The position numbers were made by a program, and so were the translations under genes. A stretch of 60,478 nucleotides of DNA from Thermoanaerobaculia bacterium (GTDB taxonomy: Bacteria; Acidobacteriota; Thermoanaerobaculia; Gp7-AA8), in assembly GCA_035525045.1 (NCBI GenBank), contig DATLEX010000304.1:1-60478 (forward strand), written 5' to 3'. Shown here piece after piece: positions 37,868 through 47,978 of this stretch (position 1 is its first letter; each line of letters starts with the position of its first letter). A model generated the notes under the pieces. That model was not told the origin of the DNA and ran no database searches. It saw only the letters and a list, made by a program, of their open reading frames with translations.

Positions 37868-38543
37868 TGCGCAGCGTGCCCACGCCCTCGATCTCCACCT
37901 CGACGAGGTCGCCCTCCTCCAGCGGCCCGACCCCGGCCGGCGTGCCGGTCAGGATCACGTCGCCGGGAAGGAGCGTCATCACGCCGCTGATGAACTCGAA
38001 CAGCTCGCCGCAGGAGAAGATCATGTCGCGCGTATTGCCATTCTGCCGCGTCTGGCCGTTCACGCGGGTGGTGATCCGGAGCGCCGCGGGGTCGAGGGCG
38101 GTGGCCAGGCAGGGACCGAGAGGACAGAACGTGTCGAACCCCTTGCCGCGCGTGAACTGGACATCCTTCTTCTGCAGGTCGCGCGCGGTGACGTCGTTGG
38201 CGCAGGTGAGGCCGGCCGCGTAGTCGCGCCACTCGCCGGCGGTGACGTGCCGGGCCGGCTTGCCGACGACGATGGCCAGCTCACCCTCGAAGTCGACTCG
38301 CTGCGACTGCGGCGGGCGGACGATGACGCCGTTCGGCGCGAGGAGCGAGCTGGGCGGCTTGAGGAAGAGGATCGGCTCGGGGGGCGGCTCGTTGCCGAGC
38401 TCGCGGGCGTGATCGGCGTAGTTCCGCCCCACGCAGACGATCTTGGTGGGCTGGGCGGGAGGGAGGAGCACGTCGCCGTCGCGGACGAGCTCCTCCGCGG
38501 CCTCCTCGATCTTCCCGTCGCGGATGAACCGGTAGATCCTCAT
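37854..38543 (-). CDS. Fumarylacetoacetate hydrolase (FAH) family protein
   Basis: Start at MRIYRFIRDGK (ATG 38543, SD GGAGG). VCVGRNYADHARELG, DFEGELAIVVGK, GDVILTGTPAGVG. Confidence 0.88.
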   Translation of the reverse strand: MRIYRFIRDGKIEEAAEELVRDGDVLLPPAQPTKIVCVGRNYADHARELGNEPPPEPILFLKPPSSLLAPNGVIVRPPQSQRVDFEGELAIVVGKPARHVTAGEWRDYAAGLTCANDVTARDLQKKDVQFTRGKGFDTFCPLGPCLATALDPAALRITTRVNGQTRQNGNTRDMIFSCGELFEFISGVMTLLPGDVILTGTPAGVGPLEEGDLVEVEIEGVGTLRNVVA

Positions 38544-38580
38544 GCCTCCGCTCCTCATGCCTACGTTATCATTCGCGCCG

Positions 38581-39096
38581 ATGGCACAGACCACGTTGTT
38601 CACGCGCGCGCAGATCGATCAGCGCGTGGCCGAGATGGGGAAGCAGATCAGCGCCGACTTCGCCGGGACGGACCTCATCGCCCTTTGCGTGCTCAAGGGA
38701 GCGGTCTTCTTCCTGACCGACCTGGTGCGCCACATCGAGATGGACGTCCACCTCGACTTCATCCAGATCTCCAGCTACGGCAACCAGCAGTACTCCTCGG
38801 GCGTGGTGACCATCCTCAAGGAGCCGCAGCTCGACATGCGCGGCAGGCACGTGCTGATCGTGGAGGACATCATCGACAGCGGGCTCTCGATGCGGGAGGT
38901 CTTCAACTACATCGAGAGCCGCGGCGCCACGCAGGTCAAGACCGCCACCCTCCTCGACAAACCGAAGGCGCGCCGGGTCCCCTTCAACGCCGACTACGTC
39001 GGCTTCTCCATCGAGCCGCAGTTCGTGGTCGGCTACGGGCTGGACTTCGCCGAAAAGTACCGGAACATCCCGGAGATTCAGGTCCTGTCGGACTGA
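38581..39096 (+). CDS. hpt: Hypoxanthine phosphoribosyltransferase
   Basis: MAQTTLFTRAQIDQRVAEMGKQISADF. PRPP motif VLIVEDIIDSGLSM. LLDKP...ADYVGF...FVVGYGLDF. Confidence 0.92.
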   Translation: MAQTTLFTRAQIDQRVAEMGKQISADFAGTDLIALCVLKGAVFFLTDLVRHIEMDVHLDFIQISSYGNQQYSSGVVTILKEPQLDMRGRHVLIVEDIIDSGLSMREVFNYIESRGATQVKTATLLDKPKARRVPFNADYVGFSIEPQFVVGYGLDFAEKYRNIPEIQVLSD

Positions 39097-39116
39097 CTAG
39101 GGCTCAGGGCCCCTCT

Positions 39117-39200
39117 TCACATCTCCCAGATCACCGGCAGAATCAACGGCCTCCTCCCCATCTCCTTCCGAAAGTGCGTGTAGAGCTGCGCTAGCGCTCG
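39117..39200 (-). pseudogene. 3'-terminal fragment of an RNase J gene (about the last 27 codons plus stop), a duplicate of the rnj 3' end
   Basis: Reads ...RALAQLYTHFRKEMGRRPLILPVIWEM*, versus the intact rnj ...MRATLKRFFRKAMGRRPLILPVIWEM*. The 43-nt stretch 39120-39162 is identical to 42137-42179. The upstream boundary is fuzzy. Confidence 0.6.
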
Positions 39201-39276
39201 CGCGCCGGGGGCATCAGCGAACCAGCGCGCCCGCCCGCAAGTCACGGGTTGCGGGATAATCAGCCCACCTTCACCG

Positions 39277-41922
39277 ATGGATCTTCACGCCGGCGCCCAC
39301 ATGGGACCCTACGAAATTCTCGACTCGCTGGGAGCGGGCGGAATGGGAGAGGTCTATCGGGCCCGAGACACCCGCATCGGCCGTGAGGTTGCGGTCAAGA
39401 TCCTGCCGGACGCCCACCGGCTGGAGAGCGACCGTCTTCACCGCTTCGAGCAGGAGGCCCGCGCCGCCGGGGCCCTCAATCACCCCAACCTTGTGACTAT
39501 CCATGATGTTGGCACCCATGAGGGGACGCCTTACATCGTCATGGAACTGCTCGAGGGCGAGACTCTGCGCGAAAAGATCGCCTCCACGCATCCGCTGCCG
39601 CCGAGAAAAACGATCGACTACGCAGCGCAAATCGCCGCCGGTCTTGCCGCCGCTCATGAGCGAGGCATCATCCACCGCGATCTGAAGCCGGAGAACATCA
39701 TGATCACCGGCGACGGCCGGGTAAAGATCCTCGACTTCGGCCTGGCCAAGCTCCGAGCGCCTGAGGAGGCTTTTCGAACTGATGAGGTGACCGCGCATCG
39801 CGGCACCAGGACTGGAACGGTCCTGGGCACCGCGAGTTACATGTCGCCCGAGCAGGTGCGAGCTGAACAGGTCGATGCGCGCTCCGACATCTTCGCTCTG
39901 GGAACCATCCTTCACGAGATGCTCTCCGGCGCATCCCCATTTCATCGCGGGTCGAGCGCCGACACCACCAGCGCGATCCTGCGGGACGATCCGCCACCGC
40001 TTCCGCCATCGGCCCGGACTCACCCCTCGCTCGTGCGGGTGGTCCATCGCTGCCTGGAAAAAAATCCTGAAGAGCGGTTCCAGTCCGCACGCGATCTCGC
40101 CTTCGATCTGCAGGCCATCGAAGATGAGCTTCGCACCGGCCCCAGGACTCCGATCCGGCGCAGCATGATGCCGCTGCTCGCAAGCGGAGTGGTCGTCGCA
40201 CTGGCAGTCGCGCTCCTGCTGACCCGTCCGCATGGGAGCGAGAAGCCGGCGACCTCGTCGGCCGAGCGCAACATGATCGTGATCTTCCCCTTCGAGAACC
40301 TCGGGGATCCAGCCGACGCCTATTTCGCCGCCGGCATCACCGAAGAGATCACCAGCCGCCTCGCCTCGGTGCAGGACCTCGGCGTGATTTCGCGCACCAC
40401 CGCGGTCGAGTACAGCCGCAAAGGGAAGACTCTGAAGCAGGTGGGTCAGGAGCTCGGCGTCGACTACGTGCTCGAGGGATCGGTGCGCTGGGACAAGCCA
40501 GGCAATCGCGTGCGGGTGACCCCACAGTTGATTCGCGTCTCAGATGACACGCATCTCTGGGCGGACCGATACGACCGGAAACTCGACCAGATCTTCGAGG
40601 TGCAGTCCAATATCGCCGAAGAGGTGGTCAGGCAACTCGATGTGAAACTGCTCGAGCGCGAGAGAAGAGCGCTGGATGCAAGGCCTACCGACAACCTCGA
40701 GGCTTACGAGCTCTATCTTCGCGCCAGGAATGAGAATGTCCCAGAAGAGCGAAGCTTACGAACCAGAGTCGCACTTCTGGAGCAAGCCGTTCGGCTCGAT
40801 TCGAAATTCGCGTTCGCACACGCGGAGCTCGGTTCGACGCACGCGGCTATGTATCACTGGGGTTTTGATCGCGCCTCAGCAAGATTGCAGCAGGCAGATC
40901 GGAGCATCAACGCGGCGCTGGTCATCAACCCGCAATTGCCCGAGGCCCACCGCGCGCGCGGTTTCTACTATTACTGGGGTTTTCTCGACTACCAGAAGGC
41001 TCTCGAGGAGTTCGCCATTGCAAGAGAAAGCCGGCCGAATGACGCACAGTTGCTCAGAGGTATTGCGTTCGTTAACCGCCGGCAAGGACGATTCGAGGAG
41101 GCGGTTCGGAATCTGCTTGCCGCGCAGCGACTCGATCCGCGAAACGCTCAGGCTTTCTCGCAGCTGGGAATTACATACATGCGACTCCGGCGCTTTGAAA
41201 AGGCCGAGCAGATGTTCGTTCGCGCGACTAACATCTCGCCCCACGATACGTCAGCTCATTCCTTGCGTCTTGACAATCTCTGGCACTGGAAAGCTTCGCC
41301 GCAAGAAGGCCGGAGGGCGCTGGAGGGAATGCCGGACACGGGGGACGAACACTCTACCTTCATGTGGTATGAGCAAGAGTTGCTGGAAGGCGGACTCGAC
41401 GGGGCGCTGAAACGGCTCACGTCCAGCAACGTCAAGATTTTCCACTTCGCGCCGGTCGGACGTGACCAGGCCTACCTTCCCAAACAGCTCCTTGTTGGGC
41501 AGACCTATGCGCTCATGGGAGATTCGATCGCAGCACGGGAATCATTCCAAGCGGCACTGCCCGTTCTGGGAAAGGCCGCAGGCGAGAACCCGGAAGATGC
41601 CCGGATCCACAGTGCTCTCGGGCTCGCCTACGCGGGGCTCGGACGCAAGGAGGATGCGATCCGTGAGGGAGAGCTGGCGGTGCAGATGTACCCGCTCAGT
41701 AAGGACGCTCTGTTGGGAACGCGGAGACTTCAGGATTTGGCCCAGATCTATGCGGCTGTCGGCGAGAAGGAAAAGGCGATTGGAGTCCTCGAGAAGCTGC
41801 TATCCATCCCTTCACTCATCTCGACGACAATCCTGAAGGTCGATCCGGCCTGGGACCCGCTGCGCGGCCATCCGCGGTTCGAAGCGCTGCTCCGTGAGGA
41901 GCCGGACGCTGCTGCACAGTAG
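39277..41922 (+). CDS. Ser/Thr protein kinase with one TM segment, a periplasmic/extracytoplasmic region and a TPR-repeat C-terminal domain
   Basis: [22 protein letters not shown]...[71 protein letters not shown] module, then multiple TPR-like repeats. Confidence 0.9.
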   Translation: MDLHAGAHMGPYEILDSLGAGGMGEVYRARDTRIGREVAVKILPDAHRLESDRLHRFEQEARAAGALNHPNLVTIHDVGTHEGTPYIVMELLEGETLREKIASTHPLPPRKTIDYAAQIAAGLAAAHERGIIHRDLKPENIMITGDGRVKILDFGLAKLRAPEEAFRTDEVTAHRGTRTGTVLGTASYMSPEQVRAEQVDARSDIFALGTILHEMLSGASPFHRGSSADTTSAILRDDPPPLPPSARTHPSLVRVVHRCLEKNPEERFQSARDLAFDLQAIEDELRTGPRTPIRRSMMPLLASGVVVALAVALLLTRPHGSEKPATSSAERNMIVIFPFENLGDPADAYFAAGITEEITSRLASVQDLGVISRTTAVEYSRKGKTLKQVGQELGVDYVLEGSVRWDKPGNRVRVTPQLIRVSDDTHLWADRYDRKLDQIFEVQSNIAEEVVRQLDVKLLERERRALDARPTDNLEAYELYLRARNENVPEERSLRTRVALLEQAVRLDSKFAFAHAELGSTHAAMYHWGFDRASARLQQADRSINAALVINPQLPEAHRARGFYYYWGFLDYQKALEEFAIARESRPNDAQLLRGIAFVNRRQGRFEEAVRNLLAAQRLDPRNAQAFSQLGITYMRLRRFEKAEQMFVRATNISPHDTSAHSLRLDNLWHWKASPQEGRRALEGMPDTGDEHSTFMWYEQELLEGGLDGALKRLTSSNVKIFHFAPVGRDQAYLPKQLLVGQTYALMGDSIAARESFQAALPVLGKAAGENPEDARIHSALGLAYAGLGRKEDAIREGELAVQMYPLSKDALLGTRRLQDLAQIYAAVGEKEKAIGVLEKLLSIPSLISTTILKVDPAWDPLRGHPRFEALLREEPDAAAQ

Positions 41923-41936
41923 GAATAAGGAGAGCC

Positions 41937-42122
41937 ATCGAGAGCCGCGGCGCCTCCACCGTCAAGACCGCCACGCTCCTGGACAAGCCCAAGGCCCGCA
42001 AAGTCCCCTTCAACGCCGACTACGTCGGCTTCTCCATCGACCCGCAGTTCGTCGTCGGCTACGGGCTCGATTTCGCGGAGAAGTATCGGAACATCCCGGA
42101 GATTCAGGTGCTCTCGGATTAG
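41937..42122 (+). pseudogene. 3'-terminal fragment of an hpt gene (last 61 codons plus stop), with no start codon or N-terminal domain
   Basis: [61 protein letters not shown], colinear with hpt codons at 38911-39096. It begins 14 nt after the kinase stop. Confidence 0.8.
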
Positions 42123-42133
42123 AGGGCTCGCTT

Positions 42134-43765
42134 CTACATCTCCCAGATCACCGGCAGAATCAACGGCCTCCTCCCCATCGCCTTCCTGAAGAACCTCTTC
42201 AGCGTCGCTCGCATCTTTTCCTGCAGCAGATCGGAATCGCGCAGCTCATCGGGCGCGCTTCCAAGGAACATCCCCACCAGTTGTTTCCGCAGGTCGTCGA
42301 GCAGGTCCTTGCTCGCGTCCACGTGCACCAGGCCGCGGGTGATGATCTCCGGGTCGCGGACCAGCTTCCCCCCCGAGTCGATGGCCACCACCACGATGAC
42401 GAAGCCGTCCTCGGCCAGGTGTTGTCGGTCCCGCACCACCACCTCCGGCACCTCCTCCGCCTCGGCGTCGATGAAGACCTTCCCGTGCGGCACGCGCTCC
42501 TCGAGCACCCGGATCTCCTCCCCCTCGATCTCCGCCACCTGCCCGTTGGTGATCACCGCCCCGTGGGGAATGCCTACGACCCTCGCGATCCGGGCGTGGT
42601 GAATCAGGTGCCGGAGCGTCCCGTGCATCGGCACGAAGAACCTCGGCCGGGTCAGGTTGAGCATCAGCTTCAGCTCTTCCTCGCAGGCATGGCCGGAGAC
42701 GTGAACGTCCGGCTGTTCGTGCGACACGACCTCGGCGCCGCGGCGATAGAGATTGTCGATCAGGTGCGCCACGGCCCGCTCGTTGCCGGGGATGGTCCGG
42801 GCGGAGATCACCACCAGGTCCCCCTGCTCGATGGTGATCTGCTTGTGCTCCCCGACCGCCATGCGCGAGAGCGCCGAGGAGGGCTCACCCTGGGTGCCGG
42901 TGGTCATGATCACGAGCCCGCGGGGATCGAGGTCGGCCGAGGCGGCGCGGGCCTCGCGCGGGAACCGGATGTAGCCCAGGCGCTCGGCGGTCTCGACGTT
43001 GTCGACGAGGGACCGGCCGATGAGCAGCACCTTCCGGTTGAACTTCCGGGCCAGGTCGATCACCTGCTGGACGCGGTGGATGTGCGAGGCGAAGGTGGTG
43101 ACGAGGATCCGGCCGGCGGCGTTGGCGAAGATTCGATCGAGCCCGCCGCCGACCGTCCTCTCCGACGGGCCGTGCCCCGGGACGAGCGCGTTGGTGGAGT
43201 CGCTGATCAGGGCCAGCACGCCGCGCTCGCCCCAGGCAGCGAACCGCGCCAGGTCCGTGGCCTTGCCGTCGATGGGTGTGTGATCGATCTTGAAGTCGCC
43301 GGTGTGGATGATCGTCCCGGCAGGGGTGGTGATGGCGAACCCGAGCGCGTCGACGATGGAGTGCGTGACGCGGATCCCCTCGACGCTGAACGAACCCGCC
43401 TCCACGACGTCGCGGGCCGACATCGGGCGCAGCTCGATCCCGTCGACGCCGAGCTCCTCGAGCTTGTCCTTCACGAATCCGAGCGCCAGCGGTGTCCCGT
43501 ACACGGGCAGGCGAACGCGCTCCACGAGGAAAGGCACGGCGCCGATGTGGTCCTCGTGCCCATGGGTGAGGAAGACGGCCCGGAAGCGGGAGGCGTTCTC
43601 GAAGACGTAGGTCATGTCGGGGATGATCACGTCGACGCCGAGGGTGGCGGCGTCGGGAAACATCATCCCGCAGTCGACGACGATGGCCTCGTTGCCCGCC
43701 TCATAGATCATCAGGTTCATCCCGATCTCGCCGAGGCCTCCGAGCGGGATGATCTTCAGTCTCAT
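42134..43765 (-). CDS. rnj: Ribonuclease J
   Basis: MRLKIIPLGGLGEIGMNLMIYE. Metallo-beta-lactamase motif THGHEDHIG. Beta-CASP and C-terminal domains. 543 aa. Confidence 0.93.
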   Translation of the reverse strand: MRLKIIPLGGLGEIGMNLMIYEAGNEAIVVDCGMMFPDAATLGVDVIIPDMTYVFENASRFRAVFLTHGHEDHIGAVPFLVERVRLPVYGTPLALGFVKDKLEELGVDGIELRPMSARDVVEAGSFSVEGIRVTHSIVDALGFAITTPAGTIIHTGDFKIDHTPIDGKATDLARFAAWGERGVLALISDSTNALVPGHGPSERTVGGGLDRIFANAAGRILVTTFASHIHRVQQVIDLARKFNRKVLLIGRSLVDNVETAERLGYIRFPREARAASADLDPRGLVIMTTGTQGEPSSALSRMAVGEHKQITIEQGDLVVISARTIPGNERAVAHLIDNLYRRGAEVVSHEQPDVHVSGHACEEELKLMLNLTRPRFFVPMHGTLRHLIHHARIARVVGIPHGAVITNGQVAEIEGEEIRVLEERVPHGKVFIDAEAEEVPEVVVRDRQHLAEDGFVIVVVAIDSGGKLVRDPEIITRGLVHVDASKDLLDDLRKQLVGMFLGSAPDELRDSDLLQEKMRATLKRFFRKAMGRRPLILPVIWEM

Positions 43766-43771
43766 GCCGTC

Positions 43772-45064
<1,293 letters not shown>

Positions 45065-45074
45065 GAGGCGGCGG

Positions 45075-45103
45075 ATTATAAGGGGTGAGGCGCTACCGTT
45101 AAC
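45075..45103 (-). promoter_or_regulatory. Candidate asnS promoter: perfect -10 TATAAT, with a -35-like TTAACG/GTTAAC supplied by the first heptamer repeat. It implies a (near-)leaderless asnS mRNA.
   Basis: The minus strand reads ...CCCCTTATAATCCGCCGCCTCATG. TATAAT (plus-strand attata, 45075-45080) ends 10 nt before the ATG. There is no SD between them. Confidence 0.4.
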
Positions 45104-45142
45104 CGTTAACCGTTAACCGTTAACCGTTAACCGTTAACCGTT
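45096..45142. repeat. (CCGTTAA)x6.7 perfect heptamer tandem array (six GTTAAC palindromes at 7-bp phasing)
   Basis: Read directly: ccgttaa x6 then ccgtt. Confidence 0.95.
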
Positions 45143-45144
45143 GG

Positions 45145-45182
45145 ATTGTACTAGCACAATATTGGTTTTGTATCAGAACAAT
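45145..45182. promoter_or_regulatory. Two TTGT-N6-ACAA palindromes 22 bp apart (ATTGTACTAGCACAAT and TTTGTATCAGAACAAT): candidate operator pair
   Basis: 45145-45160 is a 16-bp palindrome with one mismatch. 45167-45182 shares the TTGT/ACAA core. Both lie in an AT-rich core between the heptamer arrays. Confidence 0.3.
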
Positions 45183-45231
45183 TCAGTTCGCGGGGTTGAT
45201 CAGCAGTTGAGCGGCAGATGGTTGAGAACTT

Positions 45232-45255
45232 CGGTTAACGGTTAACGGTTAACGG
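45232..45255. repeat. (CGGTTAA)x3.4 heptamer array, the exact reverse complement of the 45096-45142 array, abutting the dynamin-like gene stop codon
   Basis: cggttaacggttaacggttaacgg is followed immediately by cta (TAG stop, 45256-45258). It can pair over 24 consecutive bp with the left array. Confidence 0.95.
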
Positions 45256-46998
45256 CTACAACCCCTCCACGGCCCGATGAATCTCCCGCGCCTCGCGCTC
45301 GATGGCGGAGAGCTTGGCGGCGAAGCGGTCGATCTTCTCCGACTCGGCGGCGTAGAAGCGCTGGTAGGGCTCGAAGGAGGCGGTGATGGCTCGGAGCATG
45401 CGGTCGATCTCGGTGGAGGACTCCCGGTCGAGGGCCTCGCGGAGCTGCGTGCGGAGCTCCTCGATCCGGTGCTGGAACTCCGACTTGGCCTTGCTGCGCT
45501 TGTAGGGAAGGATGAGGAAGCTGGCGACCAGGAGCATGGTGGCGGCGGTCAGGCCGGTGACGTCGACGGCCGTGCTGCTGACGGCAGCGGTGACCAGGTA
45601 GCCGAGGCCGAGCGCGCCGGCGCCGAGTCCGAAGGAGTGCAGCACGGCGCGCATGGCGGTGTCGATGATGCGCCGGCTCTCCACGTTGACGTCATACGAG
45701 GCGAGGCGCTGCTCGGCATAGGCGCGCATGCGGGAGTAGATCTCCTCGCGGTTGTAGGCGAACTCGCGGCCCACGCGCCCGACGATCTCGGCATCGCGGG
45801 CGTCGCGGCGCGCTCCCTCGTGGAAGGCGTCGACCGTGCTGTTCCACAACTTCATGTTCTCCCTGACCAGCCAGTCCACCGACTCCTGGATCGTGGTGTC
45901 GACGTTCCCCTTGAAACCCTGGAACACCTGCCGGTCGAACTCCTCCCGGAAGCGGAGGCTGTCGCGCAGGAGCATCACGTGCTGGATCCGCACGTAACGG
46001 TCGAGGAAGTCGACGCCCCGCCGCTCCAGGTCCATCATCAGGTTGTCGATGCGGATGACGAACTGCCGGAAGTTGGCCTGCAGGTCGGCGCGGGCGCGCT
46101 CGAGCTGATCGGTGATCGATGTGATGCGCGCCATGTCCGCGGCCAGGAGCTCGCGCCGCGACTCGATCATGGTCATCTGCCTGCCGGTCAGGCCGGTGAT
46201 GGTGTCGAGCGGCGCCAGGAGCTTGATGCGCACCCTCTCCTTCTCGGACAGGACCGTGAAGATGTAGTCCTCGAGGGCCTGGAAGCGGCTGCGCGTCCAC
46301 TCCCGCGGCGACGCGCCGCCGCTCTTGGCCTCCAGCGCCAGCCTGCCGCTCACCGGGTAGACCACCGGATCGAATCCGAAGATGGCCCGAACGTTCGTGT
46401 GGAGGTATGCGAGCACCTCCTCGACCTCCTGGTCGGTCTTCGTGTCGATCTTGTTGAGCACGAAGACGACCTTCTTCCCCCACTCCCGGATGTACTCGAG
46501 AAAACGCCGCTCCGACTCCGACAGCGGCCTGTCGATGGAGGTGACGAACAGCACCAGGTCGGCGCGCGGGATGTAGTCCTCGGTGATCTCCTGGTGGCGC
46601 TGGACGATCGAGTTCGTGCCGGGCGTATCGACCAGGGTGATGTTGCGCAGAAACTCGACCGGGTAGAACTGCTCGACGACGTAGTCCGAGAGCGGCCGCT
46701 CCGCCGCCGCCTCCCCATGTCGCAGGACGGAGATCCGGTCGTCGACCGGGACGGGCCCCTCGGCCCTCAGCTTCGCGCCGAACAGGGCATTGATCAGCGA
46801 GGACTTCCCGGCGTTGAACTCCCCCACCACCACGATGGTGAAGAGGTCCTCCAGCGTGGCCAGCAGCTCCTCGACGCGACGCCGCTCCTCCGACTGCTCG
46901 CCCTCGAGCGTCTCGCGAAGCTGCACCAGCAGGGCGCTCTCCCGGCGCAGGAGGGCCTGCACCTGCGGATCGACGACCGTGTCGAAGATGCCGGGCAT
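45256..46998 (-). CDS. Bacterial dynamin-like GTPase (BDLP family) with C-terminal hydrophobic paddle/TM region
   Basis: G1 VVVGEFNAGKSSLINALFG, G3 LVDTPGTNS, G4 VLNKIDT. Hydrophobic GLGAGALGLGYLVTAAVSS...TMLLVASFLILPY near the C-terminus. Confidence 0.88.
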   Translation of the reverse strand: MPGIFDTVVDPQVQALLRRESALLVQLRETLEGEQSEERRRVEELLATLEDLFTIVVVGEFNAGKSSLINALFGAKLRAEGPVPVDDRISVLRHGEAAAERPLSDYVVEQFYPVEFLRNITLVDTPGTNSIVQRHQEITEDYIPRADLVLFVTSIDRPLSESERRFLEYIREWGKKVVFVLNKIDTKTDQEVEEVLAYLHTNVRAIFGFDPVVYPVSGRLALEAKSGGASPREWTRSRFQALEDYIFTVLSEKERVRIKLLAPLDTITGLTGRQMTMIESRRELLAADMARITSITDQLERARADLQANFRQFVIRIDNLMMDLERRGVDFLDRYVRIQHVMLLRDSLRFREEFDRQVFQGFKGNVDTTIQESVDWLVRENMKLWNSTVDAFHEGARRDARDAEIVGRVGREFAYNREEIYSRMRAYAEQRLASYDVNVESRRIIDTAMRAVLHSFGLGAGALGLGYLVTAAVSSTAVDVTGLTAATMLLVASFLILPYKRSKAKSEFQHRIEELRTQLREALDRESSTEIDRMLRAITASFEPYQRFYAAESEKIDRFAAKLSAIEREAREIHRAVEGL

Positions 46999-47009
46999 TG
47001 GCTGAGAGT

Positions 47010-47918
47010 CTACCGGAGCCCGCTCTCCGAGTGCGGCACCATCACTTCCAGCGACTGCGGAACGATGGTGATCGTGACCGGCGTGGCCAGGGCGAGGACC
47101 TCCCCGTCCACGCCGGCTTTCAGGCTCGGCCGCGACGACTGCACCTTCATCCCCGACGTGCGAAACGAGCGGAACCCCGGCGTCTCCCGCACGCGGCCGG
47201 CAAGATACCGCGCCATGAACCGCATCAGCCTGCGCCGGGACAGGTGCGGGAGCCAGTACACCGAGAGACGCCCCTCCCGGAGCAGCGTCCGCGAGGCCTC
47301 GATGCCGATCCGGGAGAGCTCGTACGAGTTGTTCGAGACCATGAAGACGTGCGTGCGCACCAGCTCCTGGTGGTGCGCGGTCTCGATGGCCAGGGTCACG
47401 TGCGGATACTTGCGGAACGTCGCGTAGGCGGCCAGGAGACGAGCCTTCCAGCGCGGATAGTCGCGGCCCTTCTCCTCGCGGCGCGCCACCAGCTCCGCGT
47501 AGAGGCCGATGGAGACGTTGTTGACGAAGAAGCGGTCGTTGACCCGCGCGGTATCGACGGTCCGTCTGGCCCCGGAGAGGGCCACGTCCAGCGCCTCCCG
47601 CCAGTCGAGCGGGATGCCGAGGTCGCGGGCGAAGTGATTGTAGGTACCGGTGGGGATCACCCCCAGACAGGCCTCCGGATGCTGGACGAGGCCCTGCATC
47701 ACGCTGTTCACGGTCCCGTCACCCCCCGCGGCGACGAAGAGCGTCCGGCCGCGACGGAGCTCGTCGCGCACCACCGCCGTCACATCGAGCTCGCGCGTGA
47801 ACGGGACCACCTCCAGCCCACCCTCCCGCGCCGCCTCCACGAGGGCCTCGCTCTGGCGGCCGGGCAGCCGCGGCCCCGACTTGGCGTTGAGAAACAGCGT
47901 CCCCCGGATGGTTGGCAA
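47010..47918 (-). CDS. Diacylglycerol-kinase-family lipid kinase (YegS/BmrU-like)
   Basis: LFLNAKSG...LFVAAGGDGTVNSVMQGL...LGVIPTGTYNHFARDL. TTG start with GGAG 7 nt upstream. It ends 11 nt before the dynamin-like gene. Confidence 0.85.
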   Translation of the reverse strand: MPTIRGTLFLNAKSGPRLPGRQSEALVEAAREGGLEVVPFTRELDVTAVVRDELRRGRTLFVAAGGDGTVNSVMQGLVQHPEACLGVIPTGTYNHFARDLGIPLDWREALDVALSGARRTVDTARVNDRFFVNNVSIGLYAELVARREEKGRDYPRWKARLLAAYATFRKYPHVTLAIETAHHQELVRTHVFMVSNNSYELSRIGIEASRTLLREGRLSVYWLPHLSRRRLMRFMARYLAGRVRETPGFRSFRTSGMKVQSSRPSLKAGVDGEVLALATPVTITIVPQSLEVMVPHSESGLR

Positions 47919-47978
47919 TTTCAGCTCCGCTGGCCTGGTTCAAAAGGGCGCCTAACGTCCATGATCGAGGTCTTGAAC

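Noticed and set aside
39271-40233. 320-aa minus-strand ORF antisense to the kinase domain
   Set aside because: It is a shadow ORF. The plus-strand frame carries all canonical Hanks kinase motifs.
45096-45255. Heptamer arrays as a CRISPR array or as a retron/msr-msd-type inverted-repeat RNA
   Set aside because: The unit length is 7 bp with no spacers, so this is not CRISPR. There is no reverse transcriptase or cas gene nearby. It is reported instead as a tandem/inverted repeat structure.
46998-47978. N-terminal 327-aa extension of the OMP ORF (46998..50831)
   Set aside because: It is antisense to the lipid-kinase gene and Arg/His/Pro-rich. A proper signal peptide begins at ATG 47979.
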